A stretch of DNA of 64,000 bases from a virus (Duplodnaviria; Caudoviricetes), in the IMG/VR virus record IMGVR_UViG_2636415849_000003, positions 1 to 64,000 of that record; one strand, given 5' to 3'. Positions within the stretch are counted from its first letter, which is position 1, and every line of letters begins with the position of its first letter. Made by a program: the position numbers and the translations under genes. The notes beneath the pieces were generated by a model. That model worked only from the letters and a program-made list of their open reading frames with translations, did not search any database and was not told where the DNA came from. This document shows, piece after piece, positions 38,299-46,304 of this stretch.

Positions 38299-39537
38299 AT
38301 GCAAGACAAGAACTTCATCAAGCTGACCGACCAAGACGCAGCCCTGCTCGAGCAAGGAGCATCCATGCTTGAAGGCCTGGAGAACGATGAGCGCAATCGC
38401 GGGAATTGCAGCACAGCCGAAGGCGCAGGATGCAGCGCCCATGCAGTCCGCCGCCTGGCCTCAGCCCTTCTGGCGCATGAGCGAGAAATTGACCAGTGCC
38501 TGCACCAGATTCAGGAGCCAGCCGCAGCAGAACAATCCGCATGGCATGCAGGCCTGGACGAAGGCCGGGCACAGGCAGCGCCTGCAGCCGTGGCTGTGCC
38601 TGATGGCTGGAAGCTGGTGCCGACTGAGCCTACGCCCCAGATGTGTCACGTCGGACGCTACGGAGGGGACAAGGACGCCCCAGCGTATGGGGAAAAACCA
38701 GTTGAAGGAGAGACCGCTTGGCCATTTGTTGCAGATCACACTGCAAAGCAGATTTACTGCGCCATGCTCGCTGCTGCTCCAGCGCTTGCCGCCACCCCGG
38801 CATGTGACACGCCCAACTACTGCCGCAGCGTGCAGCGTTGCACCGCCATGGATGGGCAGCGGGCAGCAGCCGCGCCAGTGGTGCTGCCAGAGCCTATGGC
38901 GTGGATGGCGACTCCTGTGATGCAGTCAGGTCGCGGTACAACGACGGTGTTTTGCTCCGACAAGCGGATGGCGGACCAGTGGGACTACGGCGGACACCCG
39001 GAGTACGGCCGCATGCTGGTGACACGGCTCTTCACAGAGCAGCAGCTGCGCGCCCTGCTGGCTACTGCACCACTGCAGCCAGTGGAAGTCCCCACGAAGG
39101 ATCAAGCGACATGGTGCAGCTACATCGCCGGGATGATTGGGTGCTATCTCAATGAGCCAGACGACAGCCCCCGCGTCAAAGCCATTGCAGGAATCATTGA
39201 GCGCCGCCTGTGGGCACTGCCGTCCGCAGCTACTGCGACCGGACTTCCCGCGCACGCGGTTGCAGACGAGGTGCACTGTGTCTGCGGTGCGTCTTGGCTG
39301 CGCCACGGCGTCAACAACTACGAGATGACCGACACGCCACGGAAGGCGCAGGCTGACGCGCGGGATGCGCTGATACCCGCCAAGCCGGTTCACCCCAAAG
39401 GGATGACCAGCATCAATGCGCGGCTTTCGTTCAACATGGGCTGGATGGCATGCGAGCGCCATCACGGCATCCGCGCAGAAGACGTTGAGCAGGCCGTAGC
39501 CACCGACGCCGCTATCGCGGCAGCAAAGGGGGAGTGA
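38299..39537 (+). CDS. mosaic early-region protein (Ead/Ea22-like linkers)
   Basis: GGGAG RBS and ATG 38299; VPDGWKLVPTEPTPQM, AMLAAAP and PEPMAWM modules. Confidence 0.7.
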   Translation: MQDKNFIKLTDQDAALLEQGASMLEGLENDERNRGNCSTAEGAGCSAHAVRRLASALLAHEREIDQCLHQIQEPAAAEQSAWHAGLDEGRAQAAPAAVAVPDGWKLVPTEPTPQMCHVGRYGGDKDAPAYGEKPVEGETAWPFVADHTAKQIYCAMLAAAPALAATPACDTPNYCRSVQRCTAMDGQRAAAAPVVLPEPMAWMATPVMQSGRGTTTVFCSDKRMADQWDYGGHPEYGRMLVTRLFTEQQLRALLATAPLQPVEVPTKDQATWCSYIAGMIGCYLNEPDDSPRVKAIAGIIERRLWALPSAATATGLPAHAVADEVHCVCGASWLRHGVNNYEMTDTPRKAQADARDALIPAKPVHPKGMTSINARLSFNMGWMACERHHGIRAEDVEQAVATDAAIAAAKGE

Positions 39538-39540
39538 GAC

Positions 39541-39804
39541 ATGGCACAAGCAAAAACTGAATTCCGTCTGCTTATGTCGCCTCTGTCGCGCACGATCTAT
39601 GCGGGGCGCGTGAAAGACATTGGCGGAAGCACGGCCCTGTCCGTTGGTGTGCGACATGACGTGACCAATGATTTTCTGAGTTGCGTGATGCAGCTTGGCG
39701 AGGCAATGGGAGGGAAGTTCGCCATCAACAACGAAGAAGGCCAATGGGAAGTGACAGTCACCAAGCGCGCCGCCCAGGCAGCGCAAGGGGGTGAGCATGG
39801 CTGA
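39541..39804 (+). CDS. hypothetical protein
   Basis: GGGGAG RBS; SPLSRTIYAG...RHDVTNDF. Confidence 0.7.
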   Translation: MAQAKTEFRLLMSPLSRTIYAGRVKDIGGSTALSVGVRHDVTNDFLSCVMQLGEAMGGKFAINNEEGQWEVTVTKRAAQAAQGGEHG

Positions 39805-40054
39805 GAAGGCGTATTTCTACCGCAGCTTTGATGGTATGTGCTGGCCCGCGCCTAGCGAGCGCTTGGGCGAGATTGAATGGCGCGCCAGATATGCGGCTCC
39901 GACTCAGCCCGACCTGCTGATGATGGCCTCTGTGCTTGCCGCCTACCAAGAGCTGATCGTAATGCCAGCCAAGAAACGGGACAGGATCATCAAAGAGCTG
40001 CGCAAAGGCCCTGGCATCGTTCTGGCGGCAGCCAAGGAAGGAACGCAGGGATGA
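39797..40054 (+). CDS. hypothetical protein
   Basis: Overlapping, coupled ORF. Confidence 0.6.
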   Translation: MAEKAYFYRSFDGMCWPAPSERLGEIEWRARYAAPTQPDLLMMASVLAAYQELIVMPAKKRDRIIKELRKGPGIVLAAAKEGTQG

Positions 40055-40155
40055 GCAAGCGAGCCCGCGACCGAGGCGACAAGCGCGACAGATGGCGCGA
40101 ACCTATCAACCACCCAGAGCCCCGCTGATGCGGGGTTTTGCTTTTGGGAGACCTC

Positions 40156-40398
40156 ATGGCAATCAGCGCCAGCACTGTGGGCCTGCCAGAAGACAAGGCC
40201 TACATAGCCCACCACTTCAACTGCCCTACCTGCTGCGCTGCCGGGCTATCCGGCGGGCAGCAGGAGCGGTGCACTGACGGACTGCTGCTTTGGGATGCCT
40301 ACAACCAGGCCGCACGCCTTCTGCTCGAACCTTTGAAACCCAACCGCCGGCCCGCAAGGGCCATTTTTAATGGAGGTCGCCATGGATCAAACTGGTGA
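40156..40398 (+). CDS. small Cys/His hypothetical protein
   Basis: GGGAG RBS; HHFNCPTC...RC.DG..LW motif. Confidence 0.6.
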   Translation: MAISASTVGLPEDKAYIAHHFNCPTCCAAGLSGGQQERCTDGLLLWDAYNQAARLLLEPLKPNRRPARAIFNGGRHGSNW

Positions 40399-40597
40399 AT
40401 TCCTGTTGCCACAAGAAATTAAGCGAATGGCGTCAGCTGGAAAGCTGGACCAGCAAGAAGCGTTTTTGAAGAAAGAGGGAATCCCTCATAAACGCCTGGG
40501 TAGGCGTATTCTTGTCTCTCGCGCTCATGCCCGGGCGTGGCTGACTGGAGTGGTTTTCACGCCTTCGCGCGGGATTAACTTAGGAGCTGTCAGATGA
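40382..40597 (+). CDS. putative excisionase (DUF4224-like)
   Basis: Small and basic; FLLPQEI...Q..FLKKEGIPH; ATGA-coupled to the integrase. Confidence 0.75.
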   Translation: MDQTGEFLLPQEIKRMASAGKLDQQEAFLKKEGIPHKRLGRRILVSRAHARAWLTGVVFTPSRGINLGAVR

Positions 40598-41625
40598 CTG
40601 GAGCCTATCCACGACTGCGCACCAGGACGCGCCGCCGTAAAAGCGGCAAGGTCGTGGTGTATTACTTCTATGACGCATCAACAGAAGGAAACGGGGAGAT
40701 TCCTCTTGGCACCGACTTCGATAAAGCAATCGCCCAATGGAAAGAGATTACTGAGAACGGCACTCACAGCGCGCGCATAACTGGCACGCTCGAGGAGGCT
40801 TTCTCAGGCTGGGAATCGAAAGTCTTGCCAACATACAAGAGCGAAGAGACGAAAAAGGGCTACGCCAAGAATCTCAGGATGATGCGCCCAGTCTTTGCCG
40901 AGGCCACTTGGGACCAGGTGAGCCTGCCTGTAATCAAGGGCTACCTGACGAAGCGCACGGCGAAGACCCAGGGCAATCGGGAGATGGCCTTACTCTCGGT
41001 CATCTGGAACTGGGCGCGCGGCGAAGGCCTCACCTCCCTACCCTGGCCAGCGGCCGGGATGGAGCGCAGCAAGTGGAAGAACAAAGAAAAGGCGCGAAAG
41101 ATCAAGGTTCGAGACGATGTGTTTGCGGCTATCTATGCCGAGGCGGCCCAGCACATCAAGGATTGCATGGACCTCGGATCCGCCACGGGCATGCGCCTGA
41201 CTGACTGCATCACGGTCCTGATGCCGCGCGGGAACCTGCTGACACTGGAGGCCAGCAAGACCGGTAAGGAGGCCGAGTGGGACTTGAACCTGTCCGCAGT
41301 TCTGCCCGACCTGGTGCGCAGGCGCAAGGCTCTTGGAGCCGATCATCTGATGCTGCTTTCCACTGCAGACGGGCAGCCGGTGTCGCCCCAGGCGCTTCGC
41401 TATGGATGGGACAAAGCCCGGAGCACGGCCGCAGAGAAGGCCATCGAGCGCGGCGACGATGAGCTGGCCGAAGCGATCAAACAGCTCTACCTGCGGGACA
41501 TGCGAAAGCGCGCTGCACAGAAAGCGGGCAGCCTGGAAGAGGCATCCAAGCTGCTGCAGCACAGCGACGAACGCCTGACCGAGCGCCATTACGGCGGCGT
41601 CCGGAGGCTGAAGCCAGTGGGCTAA
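40594..41625 (+). CDS. int: tyrosine integrase
   Basis: TGMR..D, KTG, RDMRKRA and LLQH...TERHY catalytic residues; adjacent to the att repeat. Confidence 0.93.
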   Translation: MTGAYPRLRTRTRRRKSGKVVVYYFYDASTEGNGEIPLGTDFDKAIAQWKEITENGTHSARITGTLEEAFSGWESKVLPTYKSEETKKGYAKNLRMMRPVFAEATWDQVSLPVIKGYLTKRTAKTQGNREMALLSVIWNWARGEGLTSLPWPAAGMERSKWKNKEKARKIKVRDDVFAAIYAEAAQHIKDCMDLGSATGMRLTDCITVLMPRGNLLTLEASKTGKEAEWDLNLSAVLPDLVRRRKALGADHLMLLSTADGQPVSPQALRYGWDKARSTAAEKAIERGDDELAEAIKQLYLRDMRKRAAQKAGSLEEASKLLQHSDERLTERHYGGVRRLKPVG

Positions 41626-41721
41626 AAGTGTTCCGGTTTTGCCTTCTCTACCTATAGAGAAGTGCGCCCAAAAAACCGGAACATATCGGCCCGCAGGCCG
41701 CATGAATCCTTAATTCTTCAC

Positions 41722-41780
41722 GGGACTCAAAATCCCCCGCCGCAAGGCGTGCCGGTTCGATTCCGGCCCCGGGCACCACA
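41722..41780 (+). repeat. att core copy 2 (tRNA-Leu 3' fragment)
   Basis: Identical to 975-1033; lacks the tRNA 5' part. Confidence 0.95.
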
Positions 41781-41784
41781 TACT

Positions 41785-41820
41785 AAAAGCCGTTAAGTCT
41801 CAATGACTTAGCGGCTTTTT
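41785..41820 (+). terminator. intrinsic terminator after the att copy
   Basis: AAAAGCCGTTAAGTC-TCAAT-GACTTAGCGGCTTTT hairpin. Confidence 0.8.
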
Positions 41821-41953
41821 CTTTGCCCATTTATTTTTCAATTCCCCCCTGCGCGTTCGTGGTTGAGTTTTGCCGCGTTCGTGAAAAGAGCCGGGTGCAA
41901 TGACCACTCTGCAAAAAATGGGCACCTAGCATTGGCTCGCGTCGATTGATATA

Positions 41954-41969
41954 CTGTATTTATGTACAG
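41954..41969. promoter_or_regulatory. LexA (SOS) box of umuDC
   Basis: CTGT-ATTTATGT-ACAG. Confidence 0.9.
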
Positions 41970-42402
41970 TCATCGACTCTTGAGCGGCATGCCCGTCCAA
42001 CTCACTGCCTCCCCAGTTGCTTTGCCGCTGGCAGATTGCAGCGTGCGTGCAGGCTTTCCCTCACCAGCCGAGGACTTCTCAGGCAAGCGGCTAGATATTG
42101 CCGAGCTGCTGGTAGAGCATCCACAGGCCACATTCCTGCTGCGCGTGGCAGGGCCATCCATGCGCGAGTACGGCATTGATGATGGCGACATCATCGTGGT
42201 CGACCGGGCACTGCGCGCACGCCACGGCAGCATCGTCGTGGCCGTCCTTGACAATGACTTCACCGTGAAGGTCCTGCACAACGCTGGTGGCTGCTTCAAG
42301 CTCAGGGCCGGCAACCCCACCTATCCCGACATCGTCCCCAAAGAGAACCAAGAGCTGGAAATCTGGGGCGTGGTCAAGTCCTGCATCAAACGCTTTGCAT
42401 GA
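41962..42402 (+). CDS. umuD: DNA polymerase V subunit UmuD
   Basis: AGFPSPA cleavage site, GPSM, FTVK and IWGVV; start may instead be ATG 41989. Confidence 0.92.
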   Translation: MYSHRLLSGMPVQLTASPVALPLADCSVRAGFPSPAEDFSGKRLDIAELLVEHPQATFLLRVAGPSMREYGIDDGDIIVVDRALRARHGSIVVAVLDNDFTVKVLHNAGGCFKLRAGNPTYPDIVPKENQELEIWGVVKSCIKRFA

Positions 42403-42408
42403 GCATGT

Positions 42409-43707
42409 ATGTTCGCGCTCATCGACGGCAACAACTTCTATGTCAGCTGCGAGCGGGCTTTCAGGCCTGCCCTTGAGGGCATCCCTGTCGTCGTCCTGAG
42501 CAATAACGACGGCTGCGCCATCTCACGCTCCGACGAGGCCAAGGCCCTGGGCGTGAAGATGGGGCAGCCTTTTTTTCAGTTGCGCGACCTGGTCGAGCAC
42601 AAGGGGCTTGTCTGCCTCTCACCAAACTTTGAGCTGTACGGCGACATGAGCGACCGCATGATGTCGCTGGCTGCCGGCCTGGGCCCCGTCCAGGAAATCT
42701 ACAGCATCGATGAGTCATTCATTGGGGATCTGGACGGCGTGCGGGATCTCACGCGCCGCGCCTTTGCCATCCGCACACGCATCCTGAAATGGACAGGCAT
42801 CCCTACATGCGTGGGCCTGGCTCCCACTAAGACCTTGGCCAAGCTCTGCAACCATGTCGCCAAGGACTCGGAGCGCAAGCCTGGCAGCTATCCTGCTGAG
42901 CTGCAGCGGGTCTGCAACTGGGCAGAGCTGTCCGAACAGCAACGCACCGACATTCTCGGCCGCACCGCCGCCGGCGAGGTCTGGGGCGTGGGCCGGCGCA
43001 TCTCTGCCCAACTGGCTGAGCAAGGCGTGCTGACTGCGCTTGACCTGGCCAGGCTGCCCGCCCATGCCGCGCGCGATGGCTGGAGCGTGGTGCTGGAGCG
43101 CACCGTGCGCGAGCTGCAGGGCGTGAGCTGCATGACCTTGGAGCTTGCCCCAGCCGCCAAGAAGCAGATTGCATGCACCCGCAGCTTTGGACACCCCATC
43201 ACCACCTTGCCGCCCCTTATCGAGGCCGTGAGCGAATTTGCAACCAGAGCCGCCGAGAAGCTGCGCGCCAGTGGGTTGCGCGCCGGCGCCCTGCATGTTT
43301 TCGTGCACACGTCGCCATTCAGGCCCGGTCGTAGGTTCTACGAAACGGCCGTAATTCAACTCCAGCCGCCCTCATCAGACACCAAGGCTCTAGTCAACGC
43401 GGCCGTGCGCGGCCTGCGATCGATCTACCAGCCTGGCTACCAACTATCCAAGGCCGGCGTCATGCTGCAAGACCTGTGCCCTGCAGAAGTACAGCAAGGC
43501 GATCTGCTTTTTCAGGAACCCAGCCGCGACCAAAGCAAGCTGATGGAAGCCATGGACCGCGTCAATGCGCGCTTTGGCAAGGGCACCGTGCATGTGGCGA
43601 GCACCGGAGTACCTGAGCAGGATGAAAGCGGCTGGCGCATGCGCCAAGAGCGCCGCACGCCGCGCTACACCACGAAACTGGATGACATTCCCATTGCCAG
43701 GGCCTAA
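42409..43707 (+). CDS. umuC: DNA polymerase V subunit UmuC (Y-family)
   Basis: [31 protein letters not shown] and W.MRQE..TPRYTT. Confidence 0.95.
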   Translation: MFALIDGNNFYVSCERAFRPALEGIPVVVLSNNDGCAISRSDEAKALGVKMGQPFFQLRDLVEHKGLVCLSPNFELYGDMSDRMMSLAAGLGPVQEIYSIDESFIGDLDGVRDLTRRAFAIRTRILKWTGIPTCVGLAPTKTLAKLCNHVAKDSERKPGSYPAELQRVCNWAELSEQQRTDILGRTAAGEVWGVGRRISAQLAEQGVLTALDLARLPAHAARDGWSVVLERTVRELQGVSCMTLELAPAAKKQIACTRSFGHPITTLPPLIEAVSEFATRAAEKLRASGLRAGALHVFVHTSPFRPGRRFYETAVIQLQPPSSDTKALVNAAVRGLRSIYQPGYQLSKAGVMLQDLCPAEVQQGDLLFQEPSRDQSKLMEAMDRVNARFGKGTVHVASTGVPEQDESGWRMRQERRTPRYTTKLDDIPIARA

Positions 43708-43746
43708 GAAAGATGACTCCACATGCAGTGTTACAAAAAACAACAA

Positions 43747-43803
43747 ACACTAAATGTAGTGCCAAGTGGCACATTTGTACCCCCTAAACACTAGATGTAG
43801 TGT
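43747..43803. promoter_or_regulatory. tandem NrdR-box-like palindromes
   Basis: ACACTAAATGTAGTGC (43747-43762) and ACACTAGATGTAGTGT (43788-43803), 41 bp apart; they fit acaCwAtATaTwGtgt as recalled. Confidence 0.7.
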
Positions 43804-43893
43804 CCATCCCATGAAAACACCGATCACAGAAGCGTCAGGAAGTCAAGAAGAAGTATTAAAAATAAGTTTACTGAGCTAAACTAGCCCCAACAC

Positions 43894-43961
43894 ACCCGCC
43901 ACACGTCCTAGCTTCGGCTAGGGTCTGCCTTAAAAAGCAGCGTGCAAAAGGCGGGTTTTTC
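43894..43961 (+). ncRNA. structured RNA upstream of abiF (candidate RNA antitoxin and terminator)
   Basis: Outer stem ACCCGCC/GGCGGGT, inner stem CACG/CGTG, hairpins CCTAGC-TTCG-GCTAGG and CTGC-N8-GCAG, then a U-run. Confidence 0.7.
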
Positions 43962-43980
43962 ATGCCCGAAAGTTATTAGT

Positions 43981-44868
43981 GTGTCCCTAACCACTTTCAC
44001 TAAATCGGCGTCAAATCCCAGCACGCTGCTTACCAAGCTTGAAGGCCAAGGCCTTCAAGTTGCGGATCGGTCGACGGCGCTCAACTATCTCCAATATGTT
44101 GGTGGTTACCGACTCAAGGGATACTGGCACCACCTCATCGACAAAGCAACCAATCAATTCCCACAAGGCTACAACTTTACCGATATAGCTAATCGTTGTG
44201 AGTTTGATCGAGAACTACGAGCTGCGACGATTGAAGCCATAGACAGGCTAGAGGTTGCAATTCGATCCAGCATTGCTAACTATTTGAGTCAGAAGCATGG
44301 CCCACATTGGTTCTTAAAGCCATCCGCATTCAAACCCACAAAAGCATGGGGTCTAGGGCAACTTCTTCAGAAAATTGAGAGTGAAGTAGGCCGCGGAAAG
44401 AACAATTTCGTGAAGCACTACTTCAGCAAGCACGATGACCCGTACCTTCCTCCAAGCTGGTCTATTAGTGAGTGCGTGAGCTTTGGCCTATGGTCCAGAA
44501 CCTACGAAATCCTGCGCGATACCAATGACAAAAAGGCAATCGCCATGAAGTTCAACATTGATCAACCCAATGTGTTCGCGTCTTGGATTCACGCGATAAC
44601 AGTTCTTCGAAATGTTGTAGCACATCACGGCCAACTTCTCGGCAATACTCAAAATGTCAGCCCTTGCGAGTACAAGAGACTGGGGATCATTTTCAAGGAC
44701 AACAAGCAGTTCTTTGCCCTAGCCACTGTTATTCAGTACATGCTCACCCAGACATCACTGCCCAATCGCTGGAAAGCAGATCTGAAAGCCATATTCGACA
44801 AATATCCAACGGTCAACATCTTGGAGGTTGGGTTTCCACAGAAGTGGGAATCCCAGCCTGGCTGGTGA
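43981..44868 (+). CDS. Abi_2 (AbiD/AbiF) family HEPN protein
   Basis: VGGYRLKGY, FDRELR...I..LEV.IR, PPSW...E..SFG and HEPN RxxxxH in LRNVVAHH; lower GC than the flanks; GTG 43981 is the probable start. Confidence 0.88.
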   Translation: MSLTTFTKSASNPSTLLTKLEGQGLQVADRSTALNYLQYVGGYRLKGYWHHLIDKATNQFPQGYNFTDIANRCEFDRELRAATIEAIDRLEVAIRSSIANYLSQKHGPHWFLKPSAFKPTKAWGLGQLLQKIESEVGRGKNNFVKHYFSKHDDPYLPPSWSISECVSFGLWSRTYEILRDTNDKKAIAMKFNIDQPNVFASWIHAITVLRNVVAHHGQLLGNTQNVSPCEYKRLGIIFKDNKQFFALATVIQYMLTQTSLPNRWKADLKAIFDKYPTVNILEVGFPQKWESQPGW

Positions 44869-44872
44869 AGTC

Positions 44873-44900
44873 AAAAAGGGCTCTTGTAGCCCTTTTTTTT
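44873..44900. terminator. bidirectional terminator
   Basis: AAAAAGGGCT-CTTGT-AGCCCTTTTTTTT between the convergent abi and Rz genes. Confidence 0.8.
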
Positions 44901-44947
44901 GGAATTCAGCGCAGCAAAAACATCCCGTTGGAAGCACGCTTGTGCAG

Positions 44948-45442
44948 CTACTGCAGCCCCTCGATAAGCGTCCTGTCGACCTGCACCTGACCTTTCAGGG
45001 CGTTGACCTGAGCATCCCGGCGCTCGACCAGTCCGACAAGCTGGCCAACCACGCCCGCGCCCTCTGCAGCGAGGGCCGCGAGTCGCTGGTGCTGATCTGC
45101 GAGATCTCGGCTGGCAGCGGCGTCACCGGCAAGCTGGGCGTTGCGGGTTGCAGCGCTCCTGATGTCGTGCTGCAGGCCTGCAATGCGGGCAGCATCAGCA
45201 GCGCGCCCAGCCTCCAGGCGGGCCATTTCTTGCGTGTAGTCATGGGTGTTTTCCTGTTGGGCGGCACCGTGCTCGAGCACGGCAACCGCCTTCTTTTCAG
45301 TAGCTGCTTGCGACTGCTGGGCGATCTCTGCAGCCTGCTTTGCCTGAGCAACCTCAACCTTGCCCAGCCGCTGGGTCTGCACGGCCAGCAGTAGTGCAAG
45401 GCCCAGGGCTAGCCAGGGCCAGATGCGGGATGCGCCGGTCAT
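44948..45442 (-). CDS. inner-membrane spanin (Rz-like)
   Basis: N-terminal TM helix plus coiled coil, after the lysozyme. Confidence 0.8.
   Translation of the reverse strand: MTGASRIWPWLALGLALLLAVQTQRLGKVEVAQAKQAAEIAQQSQAATEKKAVAVLEHGAAQQENTHDYTQEMARLEAGRAADAARIAGLQHDIRSAATRNAQLAGDAAASRDLADQHQRLAALAAEGAGVVGQLVGLVERRDAQVNALKGQVQVDRTLIEGLQ
44995..45243 (-). CDS. embedded outer-membrane spanin (Rz1-like)
   Basis: MTTRKKW...LLMLPALQAC lipobox, Pro-rich, nested in another frame of Rz. Confidence 0.65.
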   Translation of the reverse strand: MTTRKKWPAWRLGALLMLPALQACSTTSGALQPATPSLPVTPLPAEISQISTSDSRPSLQRARAWLASLSDWSSAGMLRSTP

Positions 45443-45909
45443 GCCAGCCCTGCCTCACAAAGCTGTCGCTCAGCCGCGCGGCGCTTGACCAGGCCGGGCA
45501 GCTCCTTGCCTCTGGCATAGATCCAGCGGCTCAGCTCGGCACAAGCGCCGTCGTAGTCGCCCGAATTGGCCTTGCGCACCAGAGTGCTGCGGCAAAAAGC
45601 GTCATCCCCCACATTGAACGCAAAGCTTAAAAATGCCGCCCGCTGGCCGTCCGTCAGCGGCGCGCGAACGCAGCTCAGGGCGTCGGCATGCTTGGCCAAG
45701 TCCTTGTAGAGCATTTCCTCGCACTGCTGGCGGGTATAGGCCTGACCCATCTTGAGCTCCGGGCCGGTGTGACCCGTGCAGGCCGTGATGATGCCCACCG
45801 GGTCGCGGTAACTGCGCAGCACAGTGCCCTCGTACTTCTGCACCAAGGGCACAACCAGGACGACGGCCGCGCCGCCGATGGTTGCAATGAGTTTTTCTTT
45901 CCAGTTCAT
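45439..45909 (-). CDS. lysozyme (GH24, SAR-type endolysin)
   Basis: Hydrophobic N-terminus, EG...YRDPVGIIT.C.GHT catalytic triad, SFAFNVG and GLVKRRAAE. Confidence 0.92.
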   Translation of the reverse strand: MNWKEKLIATIGGAAVVLVVPLVQKYEGTVLRSYRDPVGIITACTGHTGPELKMGQAYTRQQCEEMLYKDLAKHADALSCVRAPLTDGQRAAFLSFAFNVGDDAFCRSTLVRKANSGDYDGACAELSRWIYARGKELPGLVKRRAAERQLCEAGLA

Positions 45910-46223
45910 CGGCTTATCACTCCTTTGATTGCGGCCCAGAAGCTCACGCACGCACCACCCAGCATGACGATGGCAGCCAGTGGCTTGGCGACCTTAGCCA
46001 CCCAGTTCAGCACCTTGAAAGCGCCCTTCATGGCAGTAAAGAACTCCAGCATTTCCGCCAGCTGCTGCTTGAGCTCCTGCAGCTCCTGGCGCTCCTCTTG
46101 CAGCCCTTGGGCTACTGTCTTCAAATCGCGCTCGATGGCGGCCATGCGCTCACTCCCCTTGTCAAAGCGTTCATTCATCTGCCGGCGTGTAGTCGCTGGC
46201 AGCTCGTTGCCGTAATCGTCCAT
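45906..46223 (-). CDS. putative holin
   Basis: GGGAGG RBS; coiled coil plus C-terminal TM helix; coupled to the lysozyme. Confidence 0.6.
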   Translation of the reverse strand: MDDYGNELPATTRRQMNERFDKGSERMAAIERDLKTVAQGLQEERQELQELKQQLAEMLEFFTAMKGAFKVLNWVAKVAKPLAAIVMLGGACVSFWAAIKGVISR

Positions 46224-46304
46224 AGCCCTCCCAGGCAGTAAAAATGCTTTCCGCGCCGCAGTGCTACCAAGCAATACGGGCAATTAACCAGATGCTTTGG
46301 CTAT

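Larger units (their letters stand above)
975..41780. mobile_element. prophage 1, about 40.7 kb, HK97/lambda-like siphovirus integrated in tRNA-Leu(CAA)
   Basis: Flanked by exact att repeats, with the integrase next to the right repeat and complete lysis, tail, head, packaging, replication and immunity modules in canonical order. Confidence 0.95.

Noticed and set aside
41722-41780. Second tRNA-Leu gene
   Set aside because: Only the 3' 59 bp are present, with no acceptor 5' strand or D-arm. It is the att duplication.
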